From an uncultured Planctomycetales bacterium (GTDB lineage: Bacteria; Planctomycetota; UBA1135; JACQFD01), in contig CAZJHD010000015.1 in the NCBI GenBank assembly GCA_964545855.1, forward strand, positions 9,087 to 73,086: a stretch of DNA of 64,000 nucleotides, read 5' to 3'. Position numbers and translations under genes: made by a program. Below the pieces are notes generated by a model. The model worked only from the letters and a program-made list of their open reading frames with translations, was not told the origin of the DNA and did not search any database. This document shows positions 48,515-58,115 of this stretch, piece after piece; position 1 is the first letter of the stretch; each line of letters starts with the position of its first letter.

Positions 48515-49150
48515 ATGCACGCGACCCGCTCCTTGCTCCTCGTCACTCTCCTCTCGGGTATCTCCCTTCTCGGCGCCTGCAAGTCGGGGCCGCCAACCGC
48601 CGCCGACCCCTGGCAGCCTTCCTTCCGCCCGCCGGAGCGGCTGCACACGGGGCGCGTCGTCCTCGAGCCCCTCGCGCCCGAGCACACCGCGCTCGACTAC
48701 GCGGCCTTCATGGGCAGCCGGGAGCACCTGCGCACGACGCTGCACTGGGGCGACTGGCCCCGCGCCAGCATGACGCTCGCCGACAACCGCCGCGACCTGC
48801 AGCGCCACTTCGACGAGTTCCAGGCGCGCGAGGCCTACGCCTACACCGTGCTCACGCCCGACGGCACGCGCTGCGTCGGCTGCGTCTACATGAACCCCGA
48901 TCGCGCCGGCGGCCGCGAGGACATGTCGCTCGCGTACTGGGTGGTCGAGCCCGAGCTCGCGACCGACCTCGACCGCCACCTGCTGGCGAGCGTCCTGCGC
49001 TGGGTCGAGAAGAGCTGGCCGCTCCGCACCGTCCTCGTCCCAACGCACCCGGACAACGTGCGCGGCCTGCGCATCGCGCGCGAAATGGGTCTGCGGGAGA
49101 TGGGCCGCGACGCACAGGGCCGCGTCGTCTTCGCCTGGCGCAAGCTCTGA
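48515..49150 (+). CDS. GNAT-fold (RimJ/RimL-like) protein with lipoprotein signal
   Basis: SD-like gagga; lipobox LLGAC; VVLEPLAPEH...AYTVLTPDGTRCVGCVYMNP...LAYWV...NVRGLRIAREMG. Confidence 0.75.
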   Translation: MHATRSLLLVTLLSGISLLGACKSGPPTAADPWQPSFRPPERLHTGRVVLEPLAPEHTALDYAAFMGSREHLRTTLHWGDWPRASMTLADNRRDLQRHFDEFQAREAYAYTVLTPDGTRCVGCVYMNPDRAGGREDMSLAYWVVEPELATDLDRHLLASVLRWVEKSWPLRTVLVPTHPDNVRGLRIAREMGLREMGRDAQGRVVFAWRKL

Positions 49151-49168
49151 GTCGCGTCCGCACGCGCG

Positions 49169-52100
49169 TCACGAACGCGCGCGGCGCGTCTTCACGCGCA
49201 CCACGACGCGGCCGCCGCCCTCGTCGAGGAAGGGTTCCGCCCTCGGCCGCCGCACCTCGATCCGACGGTCCACGGCCGGCACTCCCGATGCGCGCAGGAA
49301 CCGCCGCAGCTCCTCCATGCGCCGCCGCGCGAGATCGATGCATAGATCTCCCGTCCGGTCGTCGGTGCGACGCTCGGCGCCGGGCCGGAGCAGCTCGTGG
49401 ACGCGGTCGAGCGACTGCTCCACCTCGCCGAGCTCGCTCTCGATCACGCGGAGACGCTCGACCACCTCCTCGCCCCGCGTCAGGTCGCCGACGGCGAAGC
49501 TCGCGCGCAGATCCGCCGAGAGCTCCGCGCGCCGCCGCCCGAGCTCGCTCCGGCGGGCCCGCAGCCCCTCCGAGAGGAGACGGCACTCCGCCTCCGTCGG
49601 ATTGGCGCGCCCCGCGCAGAGGCCGTAGTCGCTCTCCGAGAGCAGGTGCTCCAGCACGACGATCTTCTTCTCGTCTCCCAGGAGTTCCTCGACGACGGAC
49701 TGGAGCCGATGCTTCTCCGTCGACGAGATCGCCACTCCGCCGGGGTCGAAGAAGAGGACGAAGGGCGGCACCGGCACCGACTCGCCCCCGGAGAGACCCA
49801 GCAGACCGAGCGCCGCGCCGCCGACGCGGAAGGGCGTGTTGGCGAGCGCCTGCGTGACGAGACGGCCGAGCGTCACGAGCGCCAGCTCCGTGACTCCGCC
49901 GATGGAGACTCCGTCGGCCGGCACCGTGAAGTCGAGCGGGACGTGGATCGCTCCGTCCTCGTCCTCGAGGACGAACATCACCGCGTCGAGCGGCGCGGGA
50001 AGGCGCAGCACGCTCGCGATGGGCCCGCCGGAGGGCTCGGAGATGCCGAGGTCGGTGAGGACGAGCTCCGAGGAGACGTTCAGCGCGCCTCCGGCTCCGA
50101 ACTGGAGCCGCACGCCGCCGTCGAGCAAGCCGTCCTCGAGGTTCGTTCCCGAGCGCGCCGCCACGCCCTTCAAGCTCGCGAGCTCGAAGCCCTCGACGTC
50201 GACGCGCACCGACCCGGCGAGACGCGGGAACGCCGCGAGGTCGCCGTCGATCGTCACCTCGCCGAAGAGCGGACGCGACTCGAGAACGGGCGCGTTCGAG
50301 TCGCCGCCGGTCACGGCGCGCGCGGCGGATCCGAGGATGCCGAGGACCGAGGCGTCCTTGGGCCTGCGGCGGGCGAGCTCGACCGCGCCTCCGTCCAGCG
50401 TCGCGTGGAAGCGCACCGGCGCCTTCGCCTCGAGGAACCGGCTCGACAGGTCGTGGACGGAGATGGAGAGGTCGTCGATCGGCACGTCGAGCGCCGGCGT
50501 CACCGTCGTGTCGCGGAAGCGGGCGTCGATGCCTCGGACCGCGACCTCGTCGATCGCGATCTCGAAGGGTGGCCTCTCCGGACGCGAGGCAGGCGCCGGT
50601 GCCGATGGCGCACTCGATTCGGCCGGCGCCGACGACGCCTCGGCGGCGCTCGGCGACGTCTCCGGCGCCGGCTTCGACTCCGCGCTCTCCGCTGGCGGCG
50701 CGAACCGCTCGGCCGGCAGCCGGAAGCCGAGCGCGTGGAGACCATCGGCCTCCCAGGAAGCGTGCAGCACGGGCCGCTGGAGCTCGATCGCCCGGATCCG
50801 CGCGCGGCCCGCCTCCGGTTCGACCCGCGCGACGTCGACACGGAGCGCGTCGAATCCGGCGAGCACGGGTCCATCGGCCACGGGCCGCAGCGCGACGTTC
50901 TCGAGCGCGATCTCGCCGCCGAAGCCGCGCGAGAGGTCGAAGTCGAAGGGCCCGCGGCGACGCGTGCGGAGGCGTGCCTCGAGCGACGCCTCGAGCCTCC
51001 CCGCCGGGAGCGCCGTGCCGTCGGCCTCTCCGATCCACGGAGCGAGCCACTCCGCGAGCGCCGGGCCGCGCACCTCCGAGAGCGCGAGCGCGACGCGCGC
51101 ACCGGGCTCCGCCGCGAAGGGCCGCGCCTCGACGGTGCCCTCGAGGCCGCCGACCACGGGATCGGCGCCGCCATGGAAGCGGAGCTGGATCGGCGCGAGG
51201 TCCTCGGGCTGCGGCCCGAGCACGTCGACGGGGCCGGGCGTCGAGATCCGCAGCGACCCGATCAGTGAACGGCCGGCGGGGCCGATCGTCTCGTCCGTGA
51301 GGTCGAGACGATCGACGCCGACGTCGAACCGGCGCACGACGATCGTCGGCAGGCCCGCATCCGTCGCGAAGCGGAACGGCATCCGCCGGCGGCGGCGACG
51401 CGCGGCCGGCTCCTCGACGGGCGCCGCTTCGGGCTCGTCGGGCCCGGCTTCGATGCGAAGACCGAGGAGCGACGTCGATCCGTCGTGCAGCCGGCGCGCC
51501 ACGACCGAGAGGTCGGTCATCGAGATCTCCTCCACCACCATCTCGTTCCCGAGCGCGTCGAAACGCGGCACGTCGAGGAGGAAGGCGCCCATGCGGAAGA
51601 GCGCTTCGCCCTCCGCGCCGTCCCGGATCTCGGCGTCGCGGATCGCGAGGCGCGCGTCGGTGCCGCCCACGTCGAGGCCGTGGACCGAGGCTTCGAGCAC
51701 CGCACGGGCGCGCCCGTCGGCGACGTCCACGCGCGCGCGATCCGGCAGGTACGCATCGAGGGCGCCCGGCCGGATCCCGCTCGCCTCGACGACGCAGCGG
51801 AGCGTCGCCTCGCCGCGCGCGAGGCCGAGCTCGCCGGCGAGACGCGCCTCGTCGATCGCGCCCGGGAGCCGCAGGCGGAGATCCACCTGGGCCGGATCCT
51901 CCGTCTTCGGGAGGCGGAAGCTCCGGAGGCGGAGATCGGCTCCGAGGTCGAGGGAGACGGGCTCGCGCGCGAGCGCGTCGCGCCACCGCACCGTCGCGTC
52001 CTCGACCGAGAGGTGTCCCACGTCGAGCGCTGGGATCTCCACGATCGCGGGCGAGGGCGCCGCGGGAGCCGACGCCGCGGGCGCGCTCTCGGCGGCCTCC

Positions 52101-54484
52101 GCGTCGGGCGAAGGCCGCCTCCGGAATCCCGCGGCGGCGAATCCGCCCTCGGCGTCGCGCACGAAGGCCGTCGCGGGGCGCACGATCTCGATGGACGCCA
52201 CGGCCGGAGCCTCCGGAGAGAGACGCGCTCCGCGTACGCGGACCGCCTCGACCGTCAGCAGATCGCGGTCTCCCTCGCGCCAGTCGAGCCGCTCGACGGT
52301 GAGATCGGCCCGGGGCACACCGTCCTCGTCCTCGCGCACGGCCACCTCGACGGAGACCGTGCAGTCGCCGGAGACGAAGAGCGGCTCGATCCCGGCCGCG
52401 TCGAGCCAGGGCCGCAGCTGCTCGAGCGTCGCTCCGGCGACGTCGGCGTCGAGCGCGATGCGCGCTTCGAGCGGCTCGCGGGCGACGGAGGCCGTCCCGC
52501 GCGCGCGCACGCTGCGCGCGACTCGCGGGATCCAAGCGGAGAGCTCGAGCCGGACCGGCTTCTCCGGCGGCCCCGAGCGCGGCAGTGCCACGTCGTCGGC
52601 GCGCAGTTCCAGGTCGGTCACCTCCCAGAGCTCCGGCGGATCGCGCCGCTCGTCCGTGAGACGCAGGTCGACGTCCGCGATCCAGAAGCGCCCAACCTCG
52701 AGGGCCGGCAGGCCGCTGGCCGAGGGCAGCGCGTCCTGCGGCTCCTGCGCGCCCGACTCGCGCGGCGCCGTCCGCAGCCCGGCCACCCGCAACGATCCGC
52801 CGGCGTCGAGCGCCGCCGCGAGCCGCACGCCCGCGATCTCGACCGACTCGGCGCCCACGATCAGGTCGCCGGACGATGCGCCCGTCACCGAGAACGAGTC
52901 GACGTGGAGCACCTCCGATCCGTCCGCCAGCTCGAGGTCGCGCACCGTGAGGCTCGCGCGCGGCGCGCCCGGACCGCGGACGCTCGCCGTCGCCGACAGG
53001 CGTGCGCGCAGGCTCCCCGAGCGCATCGCCGACTCCAGACCCGCCGCACGCAGGTAGGGCGCGGCCTTCTCGAGCGTGATGCCGAGGACCGCGACGGTGA
53101 GATCCGCCGACGGCTCGGGTGCGCGCCAGCGCACGTCGCCCTCGATCCTCGCCTCGTCGGCGAGGCCCGGCGCGCGCAGGATCGCGCGCACCGTCGTCGC
53201 GGCTCCGGACGGGTCCTCCGGGAGGACGTTCGCGAGCGCGATCTCCTCCACGGCCAGAGCGAGGTCCGCGGGCCGAGCGCCGGCGGCCCCGTCGCGCACG
53301 CGCAGCGCGACGTCGCGGATCTCCACGCGGTCGACGAGGAGCGGCGGCGGCGCCGGGTCCGACGATCCCTCCTTCGGCGGCACCGGCGCCGGCGCACCGA
53401 CAGCCTCGGCCTCCGCACGCGGCGCGATCTCGAATCCCACGGCGCGGAGCGCGCCGTTCGGACGGCGCTCGACGGCCGCGCGGAGTCCCCGGAGCGACAC
53501 CTCGCCGATGCGCGCCGTCCGCGCCGTGACGGAGGGCGCCTCGACGCGGACCTCGTCGAGACCGAGCACCTCCTCGGCGTCGGCCACGACCACGAGGTCG
53601 CGCACCACGGCTCCGACGCGCCGCGCATCGGCGTCGACATCGGCGTCGGCGCCCTGGAGCCGATCGGAGGAGATCTCGAGCGAGACGCGCAGCGCGATCT
53701 CGCGAGCGAGCGGCTCGAGACCCGCCGCGCGGAGGAGGCCGGCGGCGCCGGACGGCCGCAGACCGGAGAGCGCGACGTCGACGCGGGCGCGGGGATGATC
53801 GCCGTCGAGCCGGGCGCGCGCATTCACGCGCAGCACGTCGAGCACCTCCGGCGACCAGAGCGTGATCTCGGCGGTGCCCTCCTCGCCGGGAACGCCGATG
53901 CGCTCGCCCCAGCCGGAGATCTCGACACGGACCGAGCCGCCCGCGCCGAGGCCCGGCTCGACGATGGTCACCGCGATTCGGTGCAGCCGGAGGGACGCGA
54001 GCTCCGCCGGCGGACCGAGATCGGCGCGGAGCGCCGCGCGGATCGCCTCCTCCAGCGGAAGCCCGGGCTTCCCCGCCACCTGGACTCCGCCGCCGGGCGC
54101 GCGCTCGAGCGCGATCTCGACGCCCGCGACGTCGACGCTCGCGAATGCGATGCGCCCCTGGAGGAGCCTCAGGACGTCGAGGTCGACGTGCGCTTCGTCG
54201 AGGGACGCGACGGTCTCCCCCGTGCCGCCGTCGGCGACGCGCAGACCCGTGAGCGCGACCTCGCCGGAGAGGAACGAGAGATCGAGGCGCTCCCAGGAGA
54301 CCTCCACGCCCTGTCCGCGCGCGACGGATCGCAGGACGGGCGGGAGTGCGATCCAGACGATCACGCGCAGGACGATCGCGAGGAGCACCGCGAGGACGAC
54401 GAGCCGCCGCAGGACGCGCAGCGCCCGACGCGGGAACCCGGCCCTGCGCGACGGCGGGGCCTGCGCGGGGACGGGCGCGCTCAT
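49169..54484 (-). CDS. AsmA-like/DUF748 family giant protein (1771 aa)
   Basis: N-terminal TM anchor; repeating beta-taco units (V..V.I.G..L.LER..GG); DUF748-like C-terminus (VLEDEDGAIHVPLDFTV; FFDPGGVAIS). Confidence 0.8.
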   Translation of the reverse strand: MSAPVPAQAPPSRRAGFPRRALRVLRRLVVLAVLLAIVLRVIVWIALPPVLRSVARGQGVEVSWERLDLSFLSGEVALTGLRVADGGTGETVASLDEAHVDLDVLRLLQGRIAFASVDVAGVEIALERAPGGGVQVAGKPGLPLEEAIRAALRADLGPPAELASLRLHRIAVTIVEPGLGAGGSVRVEISGWGERIGVPGEEGTAEITLWSPEVLDVLRVNARARLDGDHPRARVDVALSGLRPSGAAGLLRAAGLEPLAREIALRVSLEISSDRLQGADADVDADARRVGAVVRDLVVVADAEEVLGLDEVRVEAPSVTARTARIGEVSLRGLRAAVERRPNGALRAVGFEIAPRAEAEAVGAPAPVPPKEGSSDPAPPPLLVDRVEIRDVALRVRDGAAGARPADLALAVEEIALANVLPEDPSGAATTVRAILRAPGLADEARIEGDVRWRAPEPSADLTVAVLGITLEKAAPYLRAAGLESAMRSGSLRARLSATASVRGPGAPRASLTVRDLELADGSEVLHVDSFSVTGASSGDLIVGAESVEIAGVRLAAALDAGGSLRVAGLRTAPRESGAQEPQDALPSASGLPALEVGRFWIADVDLRLTDERRDPPELWEVTDLELRADDVALPRSGPPEKPVRLELSAWIPRVARSVRARGTASVAREPLEARIALDADVAGATLEQLRPWLDAAGIEPLFVSGDCTVSVEVAVREDEDGVPRADLTVERLDWREGDRDLLTVEAVRVRGARLSPEAPAVASIEIVRPATAFVRDAEGGFAAAGFRRRPSPDAEAAESAPAASAPAAPSPAIVEIPALDVGHLSVEDATVRWRDALAREPVSLDLGADLRLRSFRLPKTEDPAQVDLRLRLPGAIDEARLAGELGLARGEATLRCVVEASGIRPGALDAYLPDRARVDVADGRARAVLEASVHGLDVGGTDARLAIRDAEIRDGAEGEALFRMGAFLLDVPRFDALGNEMVVEEISMTDLSVVARRLHDGSTSLLGLRIEAGPDEPEAAPVEEPAARRRRRRMPFRFATDAGLPTIVVRRFDVGVDRLDLTDETIGPAGRSLIGSLRISTPGPVDVLGPQPEDLAPIQLRFHGGADPVVGGLEGTVEARPFAAEPGARVALALSEVRGPALAEWLAPWIGEADGTALPAGRLEASLEARLRTRRRGPFDFDLSRGFGGEIALENVALRPVADGPVLAGFDALRVDVARVEPEAGRARIRAIELQRPVLHASWEADGLHALGFRLPAERFAPPAESAESKPAPETSPSAAEASSAPAESSAPSAPAPASRPERPPFEIAIDEVAVRGIDARFRDTTVTPALDVPIDDLSISVHDLSSRFLEAKAPVRFHATLDGGAVELARRRPKDASVLGILGSAARAVTGGDSNAPVLESRPLFGEVTIDGDLAAFPRLAGSVRVDVEGFELASLKGVAARSGTNLEDGLLDGGVRLQFGAGGALNVSSELVLTDLGISEPSGGPIASVLRLPAPLDAVMFVLEDEDGAIHVPLDFTVPADGVSIGGVTELALVTLGRLVTQALANTPFRVGGAALGLLGLSGGESVPVPPFVLFFDPGGVAISSTEKHRLQSVVEELLGDEKKIVVLEHLLSESDYGLCAGRANPTEAECRLLSEGLRARRSELGRRRAELSADLRASFAVGDLTRGEEVVERLRVIESELGEVEQSLDRVHELLRPGAERRTDDRTGDLCIDLARRRMEELRRFLRASGVPAVDRRIEVRRPRAEPFLDEGGGRVVVRVKTRRARS

Positions 54485-55965
54485 CGCTCCGTCGTCCTCG
54501 ACGCGGGCGCGGACGACGGCGGACCCTCCGCTCGCGCCGCCGCCTCCTCGTCGCGCGCATCCTGCGCGCGGCGGAGCGCCTCGCGCCGCGTCCGCGCCGG
54601 CGCGAGCGGATCGAAGCCGGGCGGCTCGAGGCCGCGCGACGCGAGCCAGTCGAAGGCGCGCACGCGGGCCACGGGGTCGCCGTCCTCGAGGGAGAGCCGG
54701 TTCTCGTCGGCGAGGTGGTCGGCGAACTCCCGCAGGTCGTGGCTGTCGGCCACCATCTCGAGGATCGTCGCCGGCGAACGCCCCGCCTCGCCGGCGTGCC
54801 GGTAGAGCACGCCGCGCATCGACTCCGAGAGCCGTCCCTCGGTCTCGGCGCGCGCGACGAGGCCGTAGGCGGCGCTCTCGAGGAGCCAGCCGAGGAGCGG
54901 CGGATCCTCCGACAGCTCCATGCGGTCGGGCATCTCGAACCGCGCCGACGCGAGGAGCTCGTCGAGGAGCGCTTCACCGGCGACCGTCGCGAGGTCTTCC
55001 GCGAGACGCGCGCCCGTGGCGCTCCCGAGGAAGACGAGCGCCGCGCGCCGCCGCTCCCGCTCCGCGAGTGCGTCGAAGGCGAGCCGGAGCGCTCGCGCCA
55101 CGAGGCCCGCCTCCGCCATCGGCGCGCCGGCCGTCGACGCGAGGCGTCCCGCGCGGGCGAGGTCGGCCGCCGTCGGCGGCCGTGCGTCGGAGGTTTCCGC
55201 GGCCGGCTCGAGAACGAACGCGAAGGCGCCTCGCGCGATCCCGCGGAACGGCGACGGCACGAGGAGCACCAACGGGAGCGCGTCCTCGCCGATCGGTTCG
55301 TCGATCGCGAGGAGCTCCGAGCGCGGGGCCGGTCCTTCGGACGCGTTCGCCGTCGCCGGCAGCTCGACGACTCCCTCCACGAGGAGCGTCACGCGAATCG
55401 CAGGCGCGTCGCCGCCGACGCGCTCCGCGACGAGCGCCACGTGGGGCACGACGGCGCCCGAGGGCGTCGACTCCACGCGCCCCGCTTCGGAGATCGCGAA
55501 GCTCGTGCTCCGGCCGGGCGCGATCGTCCCCTCGAGGAAGGCCGCCGGCGCCGAGCGGGCGACGCGGCCCGCCGCGAGCCGCGCCAGGAAGGCGGTCGCC
55601 GGCTCCCCCGTGCCGATGCGCGCGCCGATCGCGAGCCGCGCCGCCGCGTCGAGCGGACGCGCGCTCCAGCGCGACACGACGAGGCGCGTGCGCGTCGTGA
55701 GCGGATCGAGCTCCGTCTCGGGGAGGTGCTCCAGGTAGACGACCCTGCAGGCGACCGTGCGCCACGGGGCCTCCGGGTCCGCATCCGTCGCCGACCGCGC
55801 GCCACGCGGCGCCGCCAGGGCCGAGCCCTCGAAGTGCTCCACGCCCGCGTCGACGCGTGGCGCGCGCAGCGCCGGCGGCGCCGAAGCGCACGCGCCGGCG
55901 AGCGCCGCGAGACAAGCGGCGGCGGCGAGGACGCGCCCGTGCGCGGAGAGCGAGAGCCGATGCAT
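54481..55965 (-). CDS. Hypothetical lipoprotein coupled to the AsmA-like gene
   Basis: Lipobox LAGAC; beta-rich N-half and helical C-half; its TGA overlaps the ATG of the AsmA-like gene. Confidence 0.75.
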   Translation of the reverse strand: MHRLSLSAHGRVLAAAACLAALAGACASAPPALRAPRVDAGVEHFEGSALAAPRGARSATDADPEAPWRTVACRVVYLEHLPETELDPLTTRTRLVVSRWSARPLDAAARLAIGARIGTGEPATAFLARLAAGRVARSAPAAFLEGTIAPGRSTSFAISEAGRVESTPSGAVVPHVALVAERVGGDAPAIRVTLLVEGVVELPATANASEGPAPRSELLAIDEPIGEDALPLVLLVPSPFRGIARGAFAFVLEPAAETSDARPPTAADLARAGRLASTAGAPMAEAGLVARALRLAFDALAERERRRAALVFLGSATGARLAEDLATVAGEALLDELLASARFEMPDRMELSEDPPLLGWLLESAAYGLVARAETEGRLSESMRGVLYRHAGEAGRSPATILEMVADSHDLREFADHLADENRLSLEDGDPVARVRAFDWLASRGLEPPGFDPLAPARTRREALRRAQDARDEEAAARAEGPPSSAPASRTTER

Positions 55966-56053
55966 CCCGGAGAGCCTCGGGGAATCGCGGGCGCGAGGAA
56001 AGGGGCACCGCGCGGGGGGCTCCGTCGCGATCCTCGCGCTTTCCGCTTCCCCG

Positions 56054-56806
56054 TCAGGACGCCGCGTCGGCGCGGAACGTGCGCACGACCGGTCTCGCGC
56101 CCTCTACCACGAGCGCCGCCGCGAATCCGGGCGCGGCGTCGAGGTGCACGAGCGACCACGACTCTCTCGCGCGCTCCGCGTCGCGGATCGCGAGGATCCG
56201 CGCCGGCTCGCCGGGCGCGAGCGACACGTCGAAGGAGTCGAGCGGGAACGAAAGACCATCTCCCACGGCCTTCACGAAGGCCTCCTTGCGCGTCCAGGCG
56301 AGGTGGAACGCGAGGAGTCGGTCCGCCTCCGGAATCGCCTCCAACGCGGCCGTCTCCGCGCGCGAGAACGTGCGCCGCGCCATGCCGAGGAGGTCGTCGA
56401 GCGGCACGACCTGCTCCAGGTCGACGCCGACGCGGCGGCCGCGCGTGCATGCGACGAGGGCGAGGTCGACCGAGTGGCTCACGTTGAACTGGAGGTCGGG
56501 CGCGTCGGCGAGCGAAGGCTTCCCGCGCGGGCCGAGCACGAACCGCAGCGACGCGGGGTCCCGGCCGATCTCCGCGCCGAGGAAGCGCCGCAGCGTGCCG
56601 CGCGCCACGACGAAGCGCCGCCGGTGTGCGTCGAACCGGAACCGCTCCGCGCGCTCGCGCTCGTCGGCGGAGAGGAGCGGCTCGAAGGGCTCCGTGGGGA
56701 CGTCGAGGGAGGTCCTTCCGAGGAGCACCTCGCCGGGCGCTGGGAGCGCCTCGGGAGGAAGGCCCTTGCGGAAACTCAAGGAGACGTCCTGGGGGGCGGA
56801 GTCCAT
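56054..56806 (-). CDS. 4'-phosphopantetheinyl transferase (Sfp/HetI type)
   Basis: GPRGKP, QFNVSHS, VGVDLE, WTRKEAFVKAVGDG. Confidence 0.95.
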   Translation of the reverse strand: MDSAPQDVSLSFRKGLPPEALPAPGEVLLGRTSLDVPTEPFEPLLSADERERAERFRFDAHRRRFVVARGTLRRFLGAEIGRDPASLRFVLGPRGKPSLADAPDLQFNVSHSVDLALVACTRGRRVGVDLEQVVPLDDLLGMARRTFSRAETAALEAIPEADRLLAFHLAWTRKEAFVKAVGDGLSFPLDSFDVSLAPGEPARILAIRDAERARESWSLVHLDAAPGFAAALVVEGARPVVRTFRADAAS

Positions 56807-56885
56807 CGTCGAAGCGGGCGGCTACGATCCTCGTCCCAGCGGGCTCTTTCGCGATGCGCGCGATCCCCGGCAGAGGAGGACGATC

Positions 56886-57161
56886 ATGGAAGCGGCGCAC
56901 AAGAAGTGCCAGAGCTGCGGAATGCCGATGACGAAGGACCCCGAGGGCGGAGGGACGAATGCCGACGGCACGAAGAGCCGCACCTACTGCAGCCATTGCT
57001 GGGTCAGCGGCGCGTTCACGCAACCAGACCTCACGGCCGCGGGCATGCAGGATCTCGTGAAGGGAAAGATGCGCGAGATGGGTTTCCCGGCGCCCCTCGG
57101 CTGGCTCTTCACCCGGAGCATTCCGAAGCTCGAGCGCTGGCGACGCCACGCGTCGGTCTGA
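56886..57161 (+). CDS. Putative zinc-ribbon domain protein
   Basis: CQSCGMPM...GTNADGTKSRTYCSHC...PKLERW; SD gagga upstream. Confidence 0.88.
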   Translation: MEAAHKKCQSCGMPMTKDPEGGGTNADGTKSRTYCSHCWVSGAFTQPDLTAAGMQDLVKGKMREMGFPAPLGWLFTRSIPKLERWRRHASV

Positions 57162-57176
57162 GCGAGCGGCCCGAGG

Positions 57177-58115
57177 GTGCGCAGTCCCGCCCGCTCCTCG
57201 GCGAGTTCGCGCGCTGACGCGATCCGTCTCGCCACGGGCTGGCTCACCGTCGCGGTCGCCACCGCGATCACCTCCCTTTGGGCCTTCTGGGGAATCGTCG
57301 AGACCTTCCACGAAGGGTGGTTCCATGAGTCCCTCGCCGCGAACGTCGGCTCGATGCTGGGGCAGTACCTCCTTCCGGCGTTCGGCTTCCTCGCGCTCTC
57401 GGTGGTCTCGCTGCGGTGGCCGCGCGCCGGCGCTGCGCTCCACCTCGCCGCCGCGGGAGGCGTGCTGTGGTTCTTCCGCGGCGCGTCGCTCGCGGTGCTC
57501 CTCCCCTTCCTCGCGCTGCCCCTCGTGATCCTCGGCGCGGGCTGGGGCTGGGGCCGGCCGCGGCCGAAGCGCTGGGCGGCCCGCATCGCGCTCGGCGTTC
57601 CGATCCTCGTGCTCGTCGCGAGCGGCGTGGAGCCCGCGATCCGCGTCGCCGGACGGATCGACGACGGCGACCGCGGCCTCCGCCGCGTGACGGGGAACGG
57701 CGTCGATCTCCTCTGGGCGCCGGAGGGGCCCGGCTGGCCGCGGGAGGGCGTCACCTGGGAGGAGGCGAAGCGCCGCTGCCGATTCCTCTCTCCCGACGGC
57801 ACGGCGCTCGAGGACGCGCCGCGCGACCTCTGGCGCCTGCCGACCGTCGACGAGGCCGTGCGATCACAGCATCGCCACGGAGCGAATGCGGGCGGCGCGT
57901 GGGATCCCGCCGCGCGCACGACGCGCTACGAGCGTCTTCCCGACAAGGAGCCGCCGCTCTGGGATCCGCGGTCGCAGGTCATCTACTGGTGGACCTCGAC
58001 GGAGGCGAACGACCGCGAGGCGTTCATCGTCGTCTACAACGGCACCGTCTGGCCTCGCACGAAGACGATCCGACCGGGATCCCTCGGGTTCCGCGCGGTG
58101 CGCGCCGCCGACTAG
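57177..58115 (+). CDS. Membrane protein with C-terminal DUF1566 (Lcl-like) domain
   Basis: About 5 N-terminal TMs; VTWEEAKRRC, WRLPTVDE, YWWTST, GFRAV. Confidence 0.72.
   Translation: MRSPARSSASSRADAIRLATGWLTVAVATAITSLWAFWGIVETFHEGWFHESLAANVGSMLGQYLLPAFGFLALSVVSLRWPRAGAALHLAAAGGVLWFFRGASLAVLLPFLALPLVILGAGWGWGRPRPKRWAARIALGVPILVLVASGVEPAIRVAGRIDDGDRGLRRVTGNGVDLLWAPEGPGWPREGVTWEEAKRRCRFLSPDGTALEDAPRDLWRLPTVDEAVRSQHRHGANAGGAWDPAARTTRYERLPDKEPPLWDPRSQVIYWWTSTEANDREAFIVVYNGTVWPRTKTIRPGSLGFRAVRAAD

Noticed and set aside
48852-54977. 2041-aa minus-strand ORF and overlapping long plus-strand ORFs
   Set aside because: Off-frame or antisense shadows of the AsmA-like gene; low-complexity Arg/Ala/Pro composition.
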